DNA of 64,000 bases from Auanema rhodensis (taxonomy: Eukaryota > Animalia > Nematoda): positions 11,346,001 through 11,410,000 of the forward strand of contig OZ059895.1 in assembly GCA_964057225.1 (NCBI GenBank), read 5' to 3'. The number at the start of each line of letters is the position of its first letter. Position 1 is the first letter of the stretch. A program made the translations under genes and the position numbers. Below the pieces are notes generated by a model. That model searched no databases. It saw only the letters and a program-made list of their open reading frames with translations, and was not told the DNA's origin. Of this stretch, positions 29,232 through 44,261 are shown in pieces.

Positions 29232-32200
29232 ATGTTTTCAATTTTCAAGCAGTTTTACTCAGATAGCTTAACCCAAGGCAGCAAATTATCTTCAATATTA
29301 TTTCTATCTTACAGTTATAAACCAATGGTTAATGAACCATCATCTTACCTTTACTGTTTCTATCTATTTTCTATCAGAACAAATATTGTTCAAACACTAT
29401 ACAACTGAGAAGCCTTTTTTAATTTCTTGTATTTGGAGCTCATAAGATTTGATATCATCGAGGGATCCAGATAGAACGTGGAAAATTACGTAACTAACAT
29501 GAAATTGGAAAAAACTATAACGAGGATAAGTATGTCAATCATTGAATATCAGATATTTTCGCTTAGGACCATACCACGTTGAAAGTACGCCAAGCCGCTG
29601 ATTTTCAATTTTAACTCTTTTGTAACAAATGTTTTCAATTTTCAAGCAGTTTTACTCAGATAGCTTAACCCAAGGCAGCAAATTATCTTCAATATTATTT
29701 CTATCTTACAGTTATAAACCAATGGTTAATGAACCATCATCTTACCTTCACTGTTTCTATCTATTTTCTATCAGAACAAATATTGTTCAAACACTATACA
29801 ACTGAGAAGCCTTTTTTAATTTCTTGTATTTGGAGCTCATAAGATTTGATATCATCGAGGGATCCAGATAGAACGTGGAAAATTACGTAACTAACATGAA
29901 ATTGGAAAAAACTATAACGAGGATAAGTATGTCAATCATTGAATATCAGATATTTTCGCTTAGGACCATACCACGTTGAAAGTACGCCATGCCGCTGATT
30001 TTCGATTTTAACTCTTTTGTAACAAATGTTTTCAATTTTCAAGCAGTTTTACTTAGATAGCTCAACCCAAGGAAGCAATTTATCTTCAATATTATTTCTA
30101 TCTTACAGTTATAAACCAATAGTTAATGAACCATCATCTTACCCTTACCGTTTCTATCTATTTCCTATCGAAACCAACTTTGTTCAAAAACTATACAACT
30201 GTGAAACCTTTTTTAATTTCTTGTATTTGAAGCTCATAAGATTTGATATCATTAAGGGATCCAGATAGAACGTGAAAAATTACATAACTAACATGAAATT
30301 GGGAAAAAATTATAACGAGGATAAGTATGTATATCATTGAATATCAGATATTTTTGCTTACAACTATACCACGTTGTAAGTACGCCATGCCGCTGATTCT
30401 CAATTTTAACTCTTTTGTAACATATGTTTTCAATTTTCAAGCAGTTTTACTTAGATAGCTCAACCCAAGGCAGCAATTCATCTTCAATATTATTTCTATC
30501 TTACAGTTATAAACCAATAGTTAATGAACCATCATCTTACCCTTACCGTTTCTATCTATTTCATATCGAAACCAACTTTGTTCAAAAACTATACAACTGT
30601 GAAACCTTTTTTAATTTCTTGTATTTGGAGCTCATAAGATTTGATATCATTAAGGGATCCAGATAGAACGTGGAAAATTACATAACTAACATGAAATTGG
30701 GAAAAAATTATAACGAGGATAAGTATGTAAATCATTGAATATCAGATATTTTCGCTTAGGACCATACCACGTTGAAAGTACGGCATGCGGTTGATTTTCA
30801 ATTTTAACTCTTCTGTAACAAATGTTTTCAATTTTCACAGCAGTTTTACTTAGATAGCTCAACCCAAGGCAGCAAATTATCTTCAATCTTATTTCTATCT
30901 TACAGTTATAAACCAGTAGTGAATGAACCATCATTTTACCTTCACTGTTTCTATCTATTTTCTATCAAAAGAAACATTCTTTAAACACTATACAACTGTG
31001 AAACCTTTTTTAATTTCTTGTATTTGGAGCTCAAAAGATTTGATATCATCGAGGGATCCAGATAGAACGTGGAAAATTACGTAACTAACATGAAATTGGA
31101 AAAAACTATAACGAGGATAAGTATGTGAATCATTGAATATCAGATATTTTCGCTTAGGACCATACCACGTTGAAAGTACGCCATGCCGCTGATTTTCAAT
31201 TTTAACTCTTTTGTAACAAATGTTTTCAATTTTCAAGCAGTTTTACTCAGATAGCTTAACCCAAGGCAGCAAATTATCTTCAATATTATTTCTATCTTAC
31301 AGTTATAAACCAATGGTTAATGAACCATCATCTTACCTTTACTGTTTCTATCTATTTTCTATCAGAACAAATATTGTTCAAACACTATACAACTGAGAAG
31401 CCTTTTTTAATTTCTTGTATTTGGAGCTCATAAGATTTGATATCATCGAGGGATCCAGATAGAACGTGGAAAATTACGTAACTAACATGAAATTGGAAAA
31501 AACTATAACGAGGATAAGTATGTCAATCATTGAATATCAGATATTTTCGCTTAGGACCATACCACGTTGAAAGTACGCCAAGCCGCTGATTTTCAATTTT
31601 AACTCTTTTGTAACAAATGTTTTCAATTTTCAAGCAGTTTTACTCAGATAGCTTAACCCAAGGCAGCAAATTATCTTCAATATTATTTCTATCTTACAGT
31701 TATAAACCAATGGTTAATGAACCATCATCTTACCTTCACTGTTTCTATCTATTTTCTATCAGAACAAATATTGTTCAAACACTATACAACTGAGAAGCCT
31801 TTTTTAATTTCTTGTATTTGGAGCTCATAAGATTTGATATCATCGAGGGATCCAGATAGAACGTGGAAAATTACGTAACTAACATGAAATTGGAAAAAAC
31901 TATAACGAGGATAAGTATGTCAATCATTGAATATCAGATATTTTCGCTTAGGACCATACCACGTTGAAAGTACGCCATGCCGCTGATTTTCGATTTTAAC
32001 TCTTTTGTAACAAATGTTTTCAATTTTCAAGCAGTTTTACTTAGATAGCTCAACCCAAGGAAGCAATTTATCTTCAATATTATTTCTATCTTACAGTTAT
32101 AAACCAATAGTTAATGAACCATCATCTTACCCTTACCGTTTCTATCTATTTCCTATCGAAACCAACTTTGTTCAAAAACTATACAACTGTGAAACCTTTT

Positions 32201-33207
32201 TTAATTTCTTGTATTTGAAGCTCATAAGATTTGATATCATTAAGGGATCCAGATAGAACGTGAAAATTTACATAACTAACATGAAATTGGGAAAAAATTA
32301 TAACGAGGATAAGTATGTATATCATTGAATATCAGATATTTTTGCTTACAACTATACCACGTTGTAAGTACGCCATGCCGCTGATTCTCAATTTTAACTC
32401 TTTTGTAACATATGTTTTCAATTTTCAAGCAGTTTTACTTAGATAGCTCAACCCAAGGCAGCAATTCATCTTCAATATTATTTCTATCTTACAGTTATAA
32501 ACCAATAGTTAATGAACCATCATCTTACCCTTACCGTTTCTATCTATTTCATATCGAAACCAACTTTGTTCAAAAACTATACAACTGTGAAACCTTTTTT
32601 AATTTCTTGTATTTGGAGCTCATAAGATTTGATATCATTAAGGGATCCAGATAGAACGTGGAAAATTACATAACTAACATGAAATTGGGAAAAAATTATA
32701 ACGAGGATAAGTATGTAAATCATTGAATATCAGATATTTTCGCTTAGGACCATACCACGTTGAAAGTACGGCATGCGGTTGATTTTCAATTTTAACTCTT
32801 CTGTAACAAATGTTTTCAATTTTCACAGCAGTTTTACTTAGATAGCTCAACCCAAGGCAGCAAATTATCTTCAATCTTATTTCTATCTTACAGTTATAAA
32901 CCAGTAGTGAATGAACCATCATCTTACCTTCACTGTTTCTATCTATTTTCTATCAAAAGAAACATTCTTTAAACACTATACAACTGTGAAACCTTTTTTA
33001 ATTTCTTGTATTTGGAGCTCAAAAGATTTGATATCATCGAGGGATCCAGATAGAACGTGGAAAATTACGTAACTAACATGAAATTGGAAAAAACTATAAC
33101 GAGGATAAGTATGTGAATCATTGAATATCAGATATTTTCGCTTAGGACCATACCACGTTGAAAGTACGCCATGCCGCTGATTTTCAATTTTAACTCTTTT
33201 GTAACAA
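29232..33207 (+). repeat. Tandem 5-monomer duplication (1988-bp period)
   Basis: Pairs 30026/32014, 30424/32412, 30686/32674 and 30988/32976. The CCAAGCC allele is at about 29591/31579. Confidence 0.88.
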
Positions 33208-36200
33208 ATGTTTTCAATTTTCAAGCAGTTTTACTCAGATAGCTTAACCCAAGGCAGCAAATTATCTTCAATATTATTTCTATCTTACAGTTATAAACCA
33301 ATGGTTAATGAACCATCATCTTACCTTTACTGTTTCTATCTATTTTCTATCAGAACAAATATTGTTCAAACACTATACGACTGTGAAACCTTTTTTAATT
33401 TCTTGTATTTGGAGCTCTTAAGATTTGATATCATTGAGGGATCCAGATAGAACGTGAAAAATTACATAACTAACATGAAATTGGGAAAAAATTATAACGA
33501 GGATAAGTATGTATATCATTGAATATCAGATATTTTCGCTTAGGACCATACCACGTTGAAAGTACGCCAAGCCGCTGATTTTCAATTTTAACTCTTTTGT
33601 AACAAATGTTTTCAATTTTCAAGCAGTTTTACTCAGATAGCTTAACCCAAGGCAGCAAATTATCTTCAATCTTATTTCTATCTTACAGTTATAAACCAGT
33701 AGTGAATGAACCATCATCTTACCTTCACTGTTTCTATCTATTTTCTATCAAAAGAAACATTCTTTAAACACTATACAACTGTGAAACCTTTTTTAATTTC
33801 TTGTATTTGGAGCTCAAAAGATTTGATATCATCGAGGGATCCAGATAGAACGTGGAAAATTACGTAACTAACATGAAATTGGAAAAAACTATAACGAGGA
33901 TAAGTATGTAAATCATTGCATATCAGATATTTTTGCTTACAACTATACCACGTTGTAAGTACGCCATGCCGCTGATTTTCAATTTTAACTCTTTTGTAAC
34001 AAATGTTTTCAATTTTCAATCAGTTTTACTCAGATAGCTCAACCCAAGGCAGCAAATTATCTTCAATCTTATTTCTATCTTACAGTTATAAACCAGTAGT
34101 AAATGAACCATCATCTTACCTTCACTGTTTCTATCTATTTTCTATCAAAAGAAACATTGTTTAAACACTATACAACTGTGAAACCTTTTTTAATTTCTTG
34201 TATTTGGAGCTCTTAAGATTTGATATCATTGAGGGATCCAGATAGAACGTGAAAAATTACATAACTAACATGAAATTGGGAAAAAATTATAACGAGGATA
34301 AGTATGTATATCATTGAATATCAGATATTTTCGCTTAGGACCATACCACGTTGAAAGTACGCCAAGCCGCTGATTTTCAATTTTAACTCTTTTGTAACAA
34401 ATGTTTTCAATTTTCAAGCAGTTTTACTCAGATAGCTTAACCCAAGGCAGCAAATTATCTTCAATCTTATTTCTATCTTACAGTTATAAACCAGTAGTAA
34501 ATGAACCATCATCTTACCTTCACTGTTTCTATCTATTTTCTATCAAAAGAAACATTGTTTAAACACTATACAACTGTGAAACCTTTTTTAATTTCTTGTA
34601 TTTGGAGCTCATAAGATTTGATATCATCGAGGGATCCAGATAGAACGTGGAAAATTACGTAACTAACATGAAATTGGAAAAAACTATAACGAGGATAAGT
34701 ATGTCAATCATTGAATATCAGATATTTTCGCTTAGGACCATACCACGTTGAAAGTACGCCATGCCGCTGATTTTCGATTTTAACTCTTTTGTAACAAATG
34801 TTTTCAATTTTCAAGCAGTTTTACTTAGATAGCTCAACCCAAGGAAGCAATTTATCTTCAATATTATTTCTATCTTACAGTTATAAACCAATAGTTAATG
34901 AACCATCATCTTACCCTTACCGTTTCTATCTATTTCCTATCGAAACCAACTTTGTTCAAAAACTATAAAACTGTGAAACCTTTTTTAATTTCTTGTATTT
35001 GAAGCTCATAAGATTTGATATCATTAAGGGATCCAGATAGAACGTGAAAAATTACATAACTAACATGAAATTGGGAAAAAATTATAACGAGGATAAGTAT
35101 GTATATCATTGAATATCAGATATTTTTGCTTACAACTATACCACGTTGTAAGTACGCCATGCCGCTGATTCTCAATTTTAACTCTTTTGTAACTAATGTT
35201 TTCAATATTCAAGCAGTTTTACTCAGATAGCTTAACCCAAGGCAGCAAATTATCTTCAATATTATTTCTATCTTACAGTTATAAACCAATGGTTAATGAA
35301 CCATCATCTTACCTTTACTGTTTCTATCTATTTTCTATCAGAACAAATATTGTTCAAACACTATACAACTGAGAAGCCTTTTTTAATTTCTTGTATTTGG
35401 AGCTCATAAGATTTGATATCATCGAGGGATCCAGATAGAACGTGGAAAATTACGTAACTAACATGAAATTGGAAAAAACTATAACGAGGATAAGTATGTC
35501 AATCATTGAATATCAGATATTTTCGCTTAGGACCATACCACGTTGAAAGTACGCCATGCCGCTGATTTTCGATTTTAACTCTTTTGTAACAAATGTTTTC
35601 AATTTTCAAGCAGTTTTACTTAGATAGCTCAACCCAAGGCAGCAAATTATCTTCAATCTTATTTCTATCTTACAGTTATAAACCAGTAGTGAATGAACCA
35701 TCATCTTACCTTCACTGTTTCTATCTATTTTCTATCAAAAGAAACATTGTTTAAACACTATACAACTGTGAAACCTTTTTTAATTTCTTGTATTTGGAGC
35801 TCATAAGATTTGATATCATCGAGGGATCCAGATAGAACGTGGAAAATTACGTAACTAACATGAAATTGGAAAAAACTATAACGAGGATAAGTATGTGAAT
35901 CATTGAATATCAGATATTTTCGCTTAGGACCATACCACGTTGAAAGTACGCCAAGCCGCTGATTTTCAATTTTAACTCTTTTGTAACAAATGTTTTCAAT
36001 TTTCAAGCAGTTTTACTCAGATAGCTTAACCCAAGGCAGCAAATTATCTTCAATATTATTTCTATCTTACAGTTATAAACCAATGGTTAATGAACCATCA
36101 TCTTACCTTCACTGTTTCTATCTATTTTCTATCAGAACAAATATTGTTCAAACACTATACAACTGAGAAGCCTTTTTTAATTTCTTGTATTTGGAGCTCA

Positions 36201-39200
36201 TAAGATTTGATATCATCGAGGGATCCAGATAGAACGTGGAAAATTACGTAACTAACATGAAATTGGAAAAAACTATAACGAGGATAAGTATGTCAATCAT
36301 TGAATATCAGATATTTTCGCTTAGGACCATACCACGTTGAAAGTACGCCATGCCGCTGATTTTCGATTTTAACTCTTTTGTAACAAATGTTTTCAATTTT
36401 CAAGCAGTTTTACTTAGATAGCTCAACCCAAGGAAGCAATTTATCTTCAATATTATTTCTATCTTACAGTTATAAACCAATAGTTAATGAACCATCATCT
36501 TACCCTTACCGTTTCTATCTATTTCATATCGAAACCAACTTTGTTCAAAAACTATACAACTGTGAAACCTTTTTTAATTTCTTGTATTTGGAGCTCATAA
36601 GATTTGATATCATTAAGGGATCCAGATAGAACGTGGAAAATTACATAACTAACATGAAATTGGGAAAAAATTATAACGAGGATAAGTATGTAAATCATTG
36701 AATATCAGATATTTTCGCTTAGGACCATACCACGTTGAAAGTACGGCATGCGGTTGATTTTCAATTTTAACTCTTCTGTAACAAATGTTTTCAATTTTCA
36801 CAGCAGTTTTACTTAGATAGCTCAACCCAAGGCAGCAAATTATCTTCAATCTTATTTCTATCTTACAGTTATAAACCAGTAGTGAATGAACCATCATCTT
36901 ACCTTCACTGTTTCTATCTATTTTCTATCAAAAGAAACATTCTTTAAACACTATACAACTGTGAAACCTTTTTTAATTTCTTGTATTTGGAGCTCAAAAG
37001 ATTTGATATCATCGAGGGATCCAGATAGAACGTGGAAAATTACATAACTAACATGAAATTGGAAAAAACTATAACGAGGATAAGTATGTGAATCATTGAA
37101 TATCAGATATTTTCGCTTAGGACCATACCACGTTGAAAGTACGCCATGCCGCTGATTTTCAATTTTAACTCTTTTGTAACAAATGTTTTCAATTTTCAAG
37201 CAGTTTTACTCAGATAGCTTAACCCAAGGCAGCAAATTATCTTCAATATTATTTCTATCTTACAGTTATAAACCAATGGTTAATGAACCATCATCTTACC
37301 TTTACTGTTTCTATCTATTTTCTATCAGAACAAATATTGTTCAAACACTATACGACTGTGAAACCTTTTTTAATTTCTTGTATTTGGAGCTCATAAGATT
37401 TGATATCATTGAGGGATCCAGATAGAACGTGGAAAATTACGTAACTAACATGAAATTGGAAAAAACTATAACGAGGATAAGTATGTAAATCATTGCATAT
37501 CAGATATTTTTGCTTACAACTATACCACGTTGTAAGTACGCCATGCCGCTGATTTTCAATTTTAACTCTTTTGTAACAAATGTTTTCAATTTTCAATCAG
37601 TTTTACTCAGATAGCTCAACCCAAGGCAGCAAATTATCTTCAATCTTATTTCTATCTTACAGTTATAAACCAGTAGTAAATGAACCATCATCTTACCTTC
37701 ACTGTTTCTATCTATTTTCTATCAAAAGAAACATTGTTTAAACACTATACAACTGTGAAACCTTTTTTAATTTCTTGTATTTGGAGCTCATAAGATTTGA
37801 TATCATCGAGGGATCCAGATAGAACGTGGAAAATTACGTAACTAACATGAAATTGGAAAAAACTATAACGAGGATAAGTATGTGAATCATTGAATATCAG
37901 ATATTTTCGCTTAGGACCATACCACGTTGAAAGTACGCCATGCCGCTGATTTTCAATTTTAACTCTTTTGTAACTAATGTTTTCAATATTCAAGCAGTTT
38001 TACTCAGATAGCTTAACCCAAGGCAGCAAATTATCTTCAATATTATTTCTATCTTACAGTTACAAACCAATGGTTAATGAACCATCATCTTACCTTTACT
38101 GTTTCTATCTATTTTCTATCAGAACAAATATTGTTCAAACACTATACAACTGAGAAGCCTTTTTTAATTTCTTGTATTTGGAGCTCATAAGATTTGATAT
38201 CATCGAGGGATCCAGATAGAACGTGGAAAATTACGTAACTAACATGAAATTGGAAAAAACTACAACGAGGATAAGTATGTCAATCATTGAATATCAGATA
38301 TTTTCGCTTAGGACCATACCACGTTGAAAGTACGCCATGCCGCTGATTTTCGATTTTAACTCTTTTGTAACAAATGTTTTCAATTTTCAAGCAGTTTTAC
38401 TTAGATAGCTCAACCCAAGGAAGCAATTTATCTTCAATATTATTTCTATCTTACAGTTATAAACCAATAGTTAATGAACCATCATCTTACCCTTACCGTT
38501 TCTATCTATTTCCTATCGAAACCAACTTTGTTCAAAAACTATACAACTGTGAAACCTTTTTTAATTTCTTGTATTTGAAGCTCATAAGATTTGATATCAT
38601 TAAGGGATCCAGATAGAACGTGAAAAATTACATAACTAACATGAAATTGGGAAAAAATTATAACGAGGATAAGTATGTATATCATTGAATATCAGATATT
38701 TTTGCTTACAACTATACCACGTTGTAAGTACGCCATGCCGCTGATTCTCAATTTTAACTCTTTTGTAACATATGTTTTCAATTTTCAAGCAGTTTTACTT
38801 AGATAGCTCAACCCATGGCAGCAATTCATCTTCAATATTATTTCTATCTTACAGTTATAAACCAATAGTTAATGAACCATCATCTTACCCTTACCGTTTC
38901 TATCTATTTCATATCGAAACCAACTTTGTTCAAAAACTATACAACTGTGAAACCTTTTTTAATTTCTTGTATTTGGAGCTCATAAGATTTGATATCATTA
39001 AGGGATCCAGATAGAACGTGGAAAATTACATAACTAACATGAAATTGGGAAAAAATTATAACGAGGATAAGTATGTAAATCATTGAATATCAGATATTTT
39101 CGCTTAGGACCATACCACGTTGAAAGTACGGCATGCGGTTGATTTTCAATTTTAACTCTTCTGTAACAAATGTTTTCAATTTTCACAGCAGTTTTACTTA

Positions 39201-42200
39201 GATAGCTTAACCCAAGGCAGCAAATTATCTTCAATATTATTTCTATCTTACAGTTATAAACCAGTAGTAAATGAACCATCATCTTACCTTCACTGTTTCT
39301 ATCTATTTTCTATCAAAAGAAACATTGTTTAAACACTATACAACTGTGAAACCTTTTTTAATTTCTTGTATTTGGAGCTCATAAGATTTGATATCATCGA
39401 GGGATCCAGATAGAACGTGGAAAATTACGTAACTAACATGAAATTGGAAAAAACTATAACGAGGATAAGTATGTGAATCATTGAATATCAGATATTTTCG
39501 CTTAGGACCATACCACGTTGAAAGTACGCCATGCCGCTGATTTTCAATTTTAACTCTTTTGTAACAAATGTTTTCAATTTTCAAGCAGTTTTACTCAGAT
39601 AGCTTAACCCAAGGCAGCAAATTATCTTCAATATTATTTCTATCTTACAGTTATAAACCAATGGTTAATGAACCATCATCTTACCTTTACTGTTTCTATC
39701 TATTTTCTATCAGAACAAATATTGTTCAAACACTATACAACTGAGAAGCCTTTTTTAATTTCTTGTATTTGGAGCTCATAAGATTTGATATCATCGAGGG
39801 ATCCAGATAGAACGTGGAAAATTACGTAACTAACATGAAATTGGAAAAAACTATAACGAGGATAAGTATGTCAATCATTGAATATCAGATATTTTCGCTT
39901 AGGACCATACCACGTTGAAAGTACGCCATGCCGCTGATTTTCGATTTTAACTCTTTTGTAACAAATGTTTTCAATTTTCAAGCAGTTTTACTTAGATAGC
40001 TCAACCCAAGGCAGCAAATTATCTTCAATCTTATTTCTATCTTACAGTTATAAACCAGTAGTGAATGAACCATCATCTTACCTTCACTGTTTCTATCTAT
40101 TTTCTATCAAAAGAAACATTGTTTAAACACTATACAACTGTGAAACCTTTTTTAATTTCTTGTATTTGGAGCTCATAAGATTTGATATCATCGAGGGATC
40201 CAGATAGAACGTGGAAAATTACGTAACTAACATGAAATTGGAAAAAACTATAACGAGGATAAGTATGTGAATCATTGAATATCAGATATTTTCGCTTAGG
40301 ACCATACCACGTTGAAAGTACGCCATGCCGCTGATTTTCAATTTTAACTCTTTTGTAACAAATGTTTTCAATTTTCAAGCAGTTTTACTCAGATAGCTTA
40401 ACCCAAGGCAGCAAATTATCTTCAATATTATTTCTATCTTACAGTTATAAACCAATGGTTAATGAACCATCATCTTACCTTCACTGTTTCTATCTATTTT
40501 CTATCAGAACAAATATTGTTCAAACACTATACAACTGAGAAGCCTTTTTTAATTTCTTGTATTTGGAGCTCATAAGATTTGATATCATCGAGGGATCCAG
40601 ATAGAACAAGGAAAATTACGTAACTAACATGAAATTGGAAAAAACTATAACGAGGATAAGTATGTCAATCATTGAATATCAGATATTTTCGCTTAGGACC
40701 ATACCACGTTGAAAGTACGCCATGCCGCTGATTTTCGATTTTAACTCTTTTGTAACAAATGTTTTCAATTTTCAAGCAGTTTTACTTAGATAGCTCAACC
40801 CAAGGAAGCAATTTATCTTCAATATTATTTCTATCTTACAGTTATAAACCAATAGTTAATGAACCATCATCTTACCCTTACCGGTTCTATCTATTTCCTA
40901 TCGAAACCAACTTTGTTCAAAAACTATACAACTGTGAAACCTTTTTTAATTTCTTGTATTTGAAGCTCATAAGATTTGATATCATTAAGGGATCCAGATA
41001 GAACGTGAAAAATTACATAACTAACATGAAATTGGGAAAAAATTATAACGAGGATAAGTATGTATATCATTGAATATCAGATATTTTTGCTTACAACTAT
41101 ACCACGTTGTAAGTACGCCATGCCGCTGATTCTCAATTTTAACTCTTTTGTAACATATGTTTTCAATTTTCAAGCAGTTTTACATAGATAGCTCAACCCA
41201 AGGCAGCAATTCATCTTCAATATTATTTCTATCTTACAGTTATAAACCAATAGTTAATGAACCATCATCTTACCCTTACCGTTTCTATCTATTTCATATC
41301 GAAAGCAACTTTGTTCAAAAACTATACAACTGTGAAACCTTTTTTAATTTCTTGTATTTGGAGCTCATAAGATTTGATATCATTAAGGGATCCAGATAGA
41401 ACGTGGAAAATTACATAACTAACATGAAATTGGGAAAAAATTATAACGAGGATAAGTATGTAAATCATTGAATATCAGATATTTTTGCTTACAACAATAC
41501 CACGTTGTAAGTACGCCATGCCGCTGATTTTCAATTTTAACTCTTTTGTAACAAATGTTTTCAATTTTCAAGCAGTTTTACTTAGATAGCTCAACCCAAG
41601 GCAGCAATTCATCTTCAATATTATTTCTATCTTACAGTTATAAACCAATAGTTAATGAACCATCATCTTACTCTTACCGTTTCTATCTATTTCATATCGA
41701 AACCAACTTTGTTCAAAAACTATACAACTGTGAAACCTTTTTTAATTTCTTGTATTTGGAGCTCATAAGATTTGATATCATTGAGGGATCCAGATAGAAC
41801 GTGGAAAATTACGTAACTAACATGAAATTGGAAAAACCTATAACGAGGATAAGTATGTAAATCATTGAATATCAGATATTTTCGCTTACGACCATACCAC
41901 GTTGAAAGTACGCCATGCCGCTGATTTTCAATTTTAACTCTTTTGTAACAAATGTTTTCAATTTTCAAGCAGTTTTACTCAGATAGCTTAACCCAAGGCA
42001 GCAAATTATCTTCAATATTATTTCTATCTTACAGTTATAAACCATTAGTTAATGAACCATCATCTTACCTTCACTATTTCTATCTGTTTCCTATCAAAAC
42101 CAACTTTGTTCAAACACTATACAACTGAAAAGCCTTTTTTAATTTCTTGTATTTGTAGCTCATAAGATTTGATATCATCGAGGGATCCAGATAGAACGTG

Positions 42201-43938
42201 GAAAATTACGTAACTAACATGAAATTGGAAAAAACTATAACGAGGATAAGTATGTCAATCATTGAATATCAGATATTTTCGCTTAGGACCATACCACGTT
42301 GAAAGTACGCCATGCCGCTGATTTTCGATTTTAACTCTTTTGTAACAAATGTTTTCAATTTTCAAGCAGTTTTACTTAGATAGCTCAACCCAAGGCAGCA
42401 AATTATCTCCAATCTTATTTCTATCTTACAGTTATAAACCAGTAGTGAATGAACCATCATCTTACCTTTACTGTTTCTATCTATTTTCTATCAAAAGAAA
42501 GATTGTTTAAACACTATACAACTGTGAAACCTTTTTTAATTTCTTGTATTTGGAGCTCATAAGATTTGATATCATCGAGGGATCCAGATAGAACGTGGAA
42601 AATCACGTAACTAACATGAAATTGGAAAAAACTATAACGAGGATAAGTATGTGAATCATGGAATATCAGATATTTTCGCTTAGGACCATACCACGTTGAA
42701 AGTACGCCATGCCGCTGAATTTCAATTTTAACTCTTTTGTAACAAATGTTTTCAATTTTCAAGCAGTTTTACTCAGATAGCTTAACCCAAGGCAGCAAAT
42801 TATCTTCAGAATTATTTCTATCTTACAGTTATAAACCAATGGTTAATGAACCATCATCTTACCTTCACTGTTTCTATCTATTTTCTATCAGAACAAATAT
42901 TGTTCAAACACTATACAACTGAGAAGCCTTTTTTAATTTCTTGTATTTGGAGCTCATAAGATTTGATATCATCGAGGGATCCAGATAGAACGTGGAAAAT
43001 TACGTAACTAACATGAAATTGGAAAAAACTATAACGAGGATAAGTATGTCAATCATTGAATATCAGATATTTTCGCTTAGGACCATACCACGTTGAAAGT
43101 ACGCCATGCCGCTGATTTTCGATTTTAACTCTTTTGTAACAAATGTTTTCAATTTTCAAGCAGTTTTACTTAGATAGCTCAACCCAAGGAAGCAATTTAT
43201 CTTCAATATTATTTCTATCTTACAGTTATAAACCAATAGTTAATGAACCATCATCTTACCCTTACCGTTTCTATCTATTTCCCATCGAAACCAACTTTGT
43301 TCAAAAACTATACAACTGTGAAACCTTTTTTAATTTCTTGTATTTGAAGCTCATAAGATTTGATATCATTAAGGGATCCAGATAGAACGTGAAAAATTAC
43401 ATAACTAACATGAAATTGGGAAAATATTATAACGAGGATAAGTATGTATATCATTGAATATCAGATATTTTTGCTTACAACTATACCACGTTGTAAGTAC
43501 GCCATGCCGCTGATTCTCAATTTTAACTCTTTTGTAACATATGTTTTCAATTTTCAAGCAGTTTTACTTAGATAGCTCAACCCAAGGCAGCAATTCATCT
43601 TCAATATTATTTCTATCTTACAGTTATAAACCAATAGTTAATGAACCATCATCTTACCCTTACCGTTTCTATCTATTTCATATCGAAACCAACTTTGTTC
43701 AAAAACTATACAACTGTGAAACCTTTTTTAATTTCTTGTATTTGGAGCTCATAAGATTTGATATCATTAAGAGATCCAGATAGAACGTGGAAAATTACAT
43801 AACTAACATGAAATTGGGAAAAAATTATAACGAGGATAAGTATGTAAATCATTGAATATCAGATATTTTTGCTTACAACAATACCACGTTGTAAGTACGC
43901 CATGCCGCTGATTTTCAATTTTAACTCTTTTGTAACAA

Positions 43939-44261
43939 ATGTTTTCAATTTTCAAGCAGTTTTACTTACCATCATCTTACCCTTACCGTTTCTAACTATT
44001 TCATATCGAAACCAACTTTGTTCAAAAACTATACAACTGTGAAACCTTTTTTAATTTCTTGTTTTTGGAGCTCATAAGATTTGATATCATTAAGGGATCC
44101 AGATAGAACGTGGAAAATTACATAACTAACATGAAATTGGGAAAAAATTATAACGAGGATAAGTATGTAAATCATTGAATATCAGATATTTTTGCTTACA
44201 ACAATACCACGTTGTAAGTACGCCATGCCGCTGATTTTCAATTTTAACTCTTTTGTAACAA
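43939..44261 (+). repeat. 323-bp truncated monomer (75-bp deletion), single copy
   Basis: CAGTTTTACTTA is joined directly to CCATCATCTTAC at about 43968. Landmark spacing 43939->44262 = 323. Confidence 0.93.
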
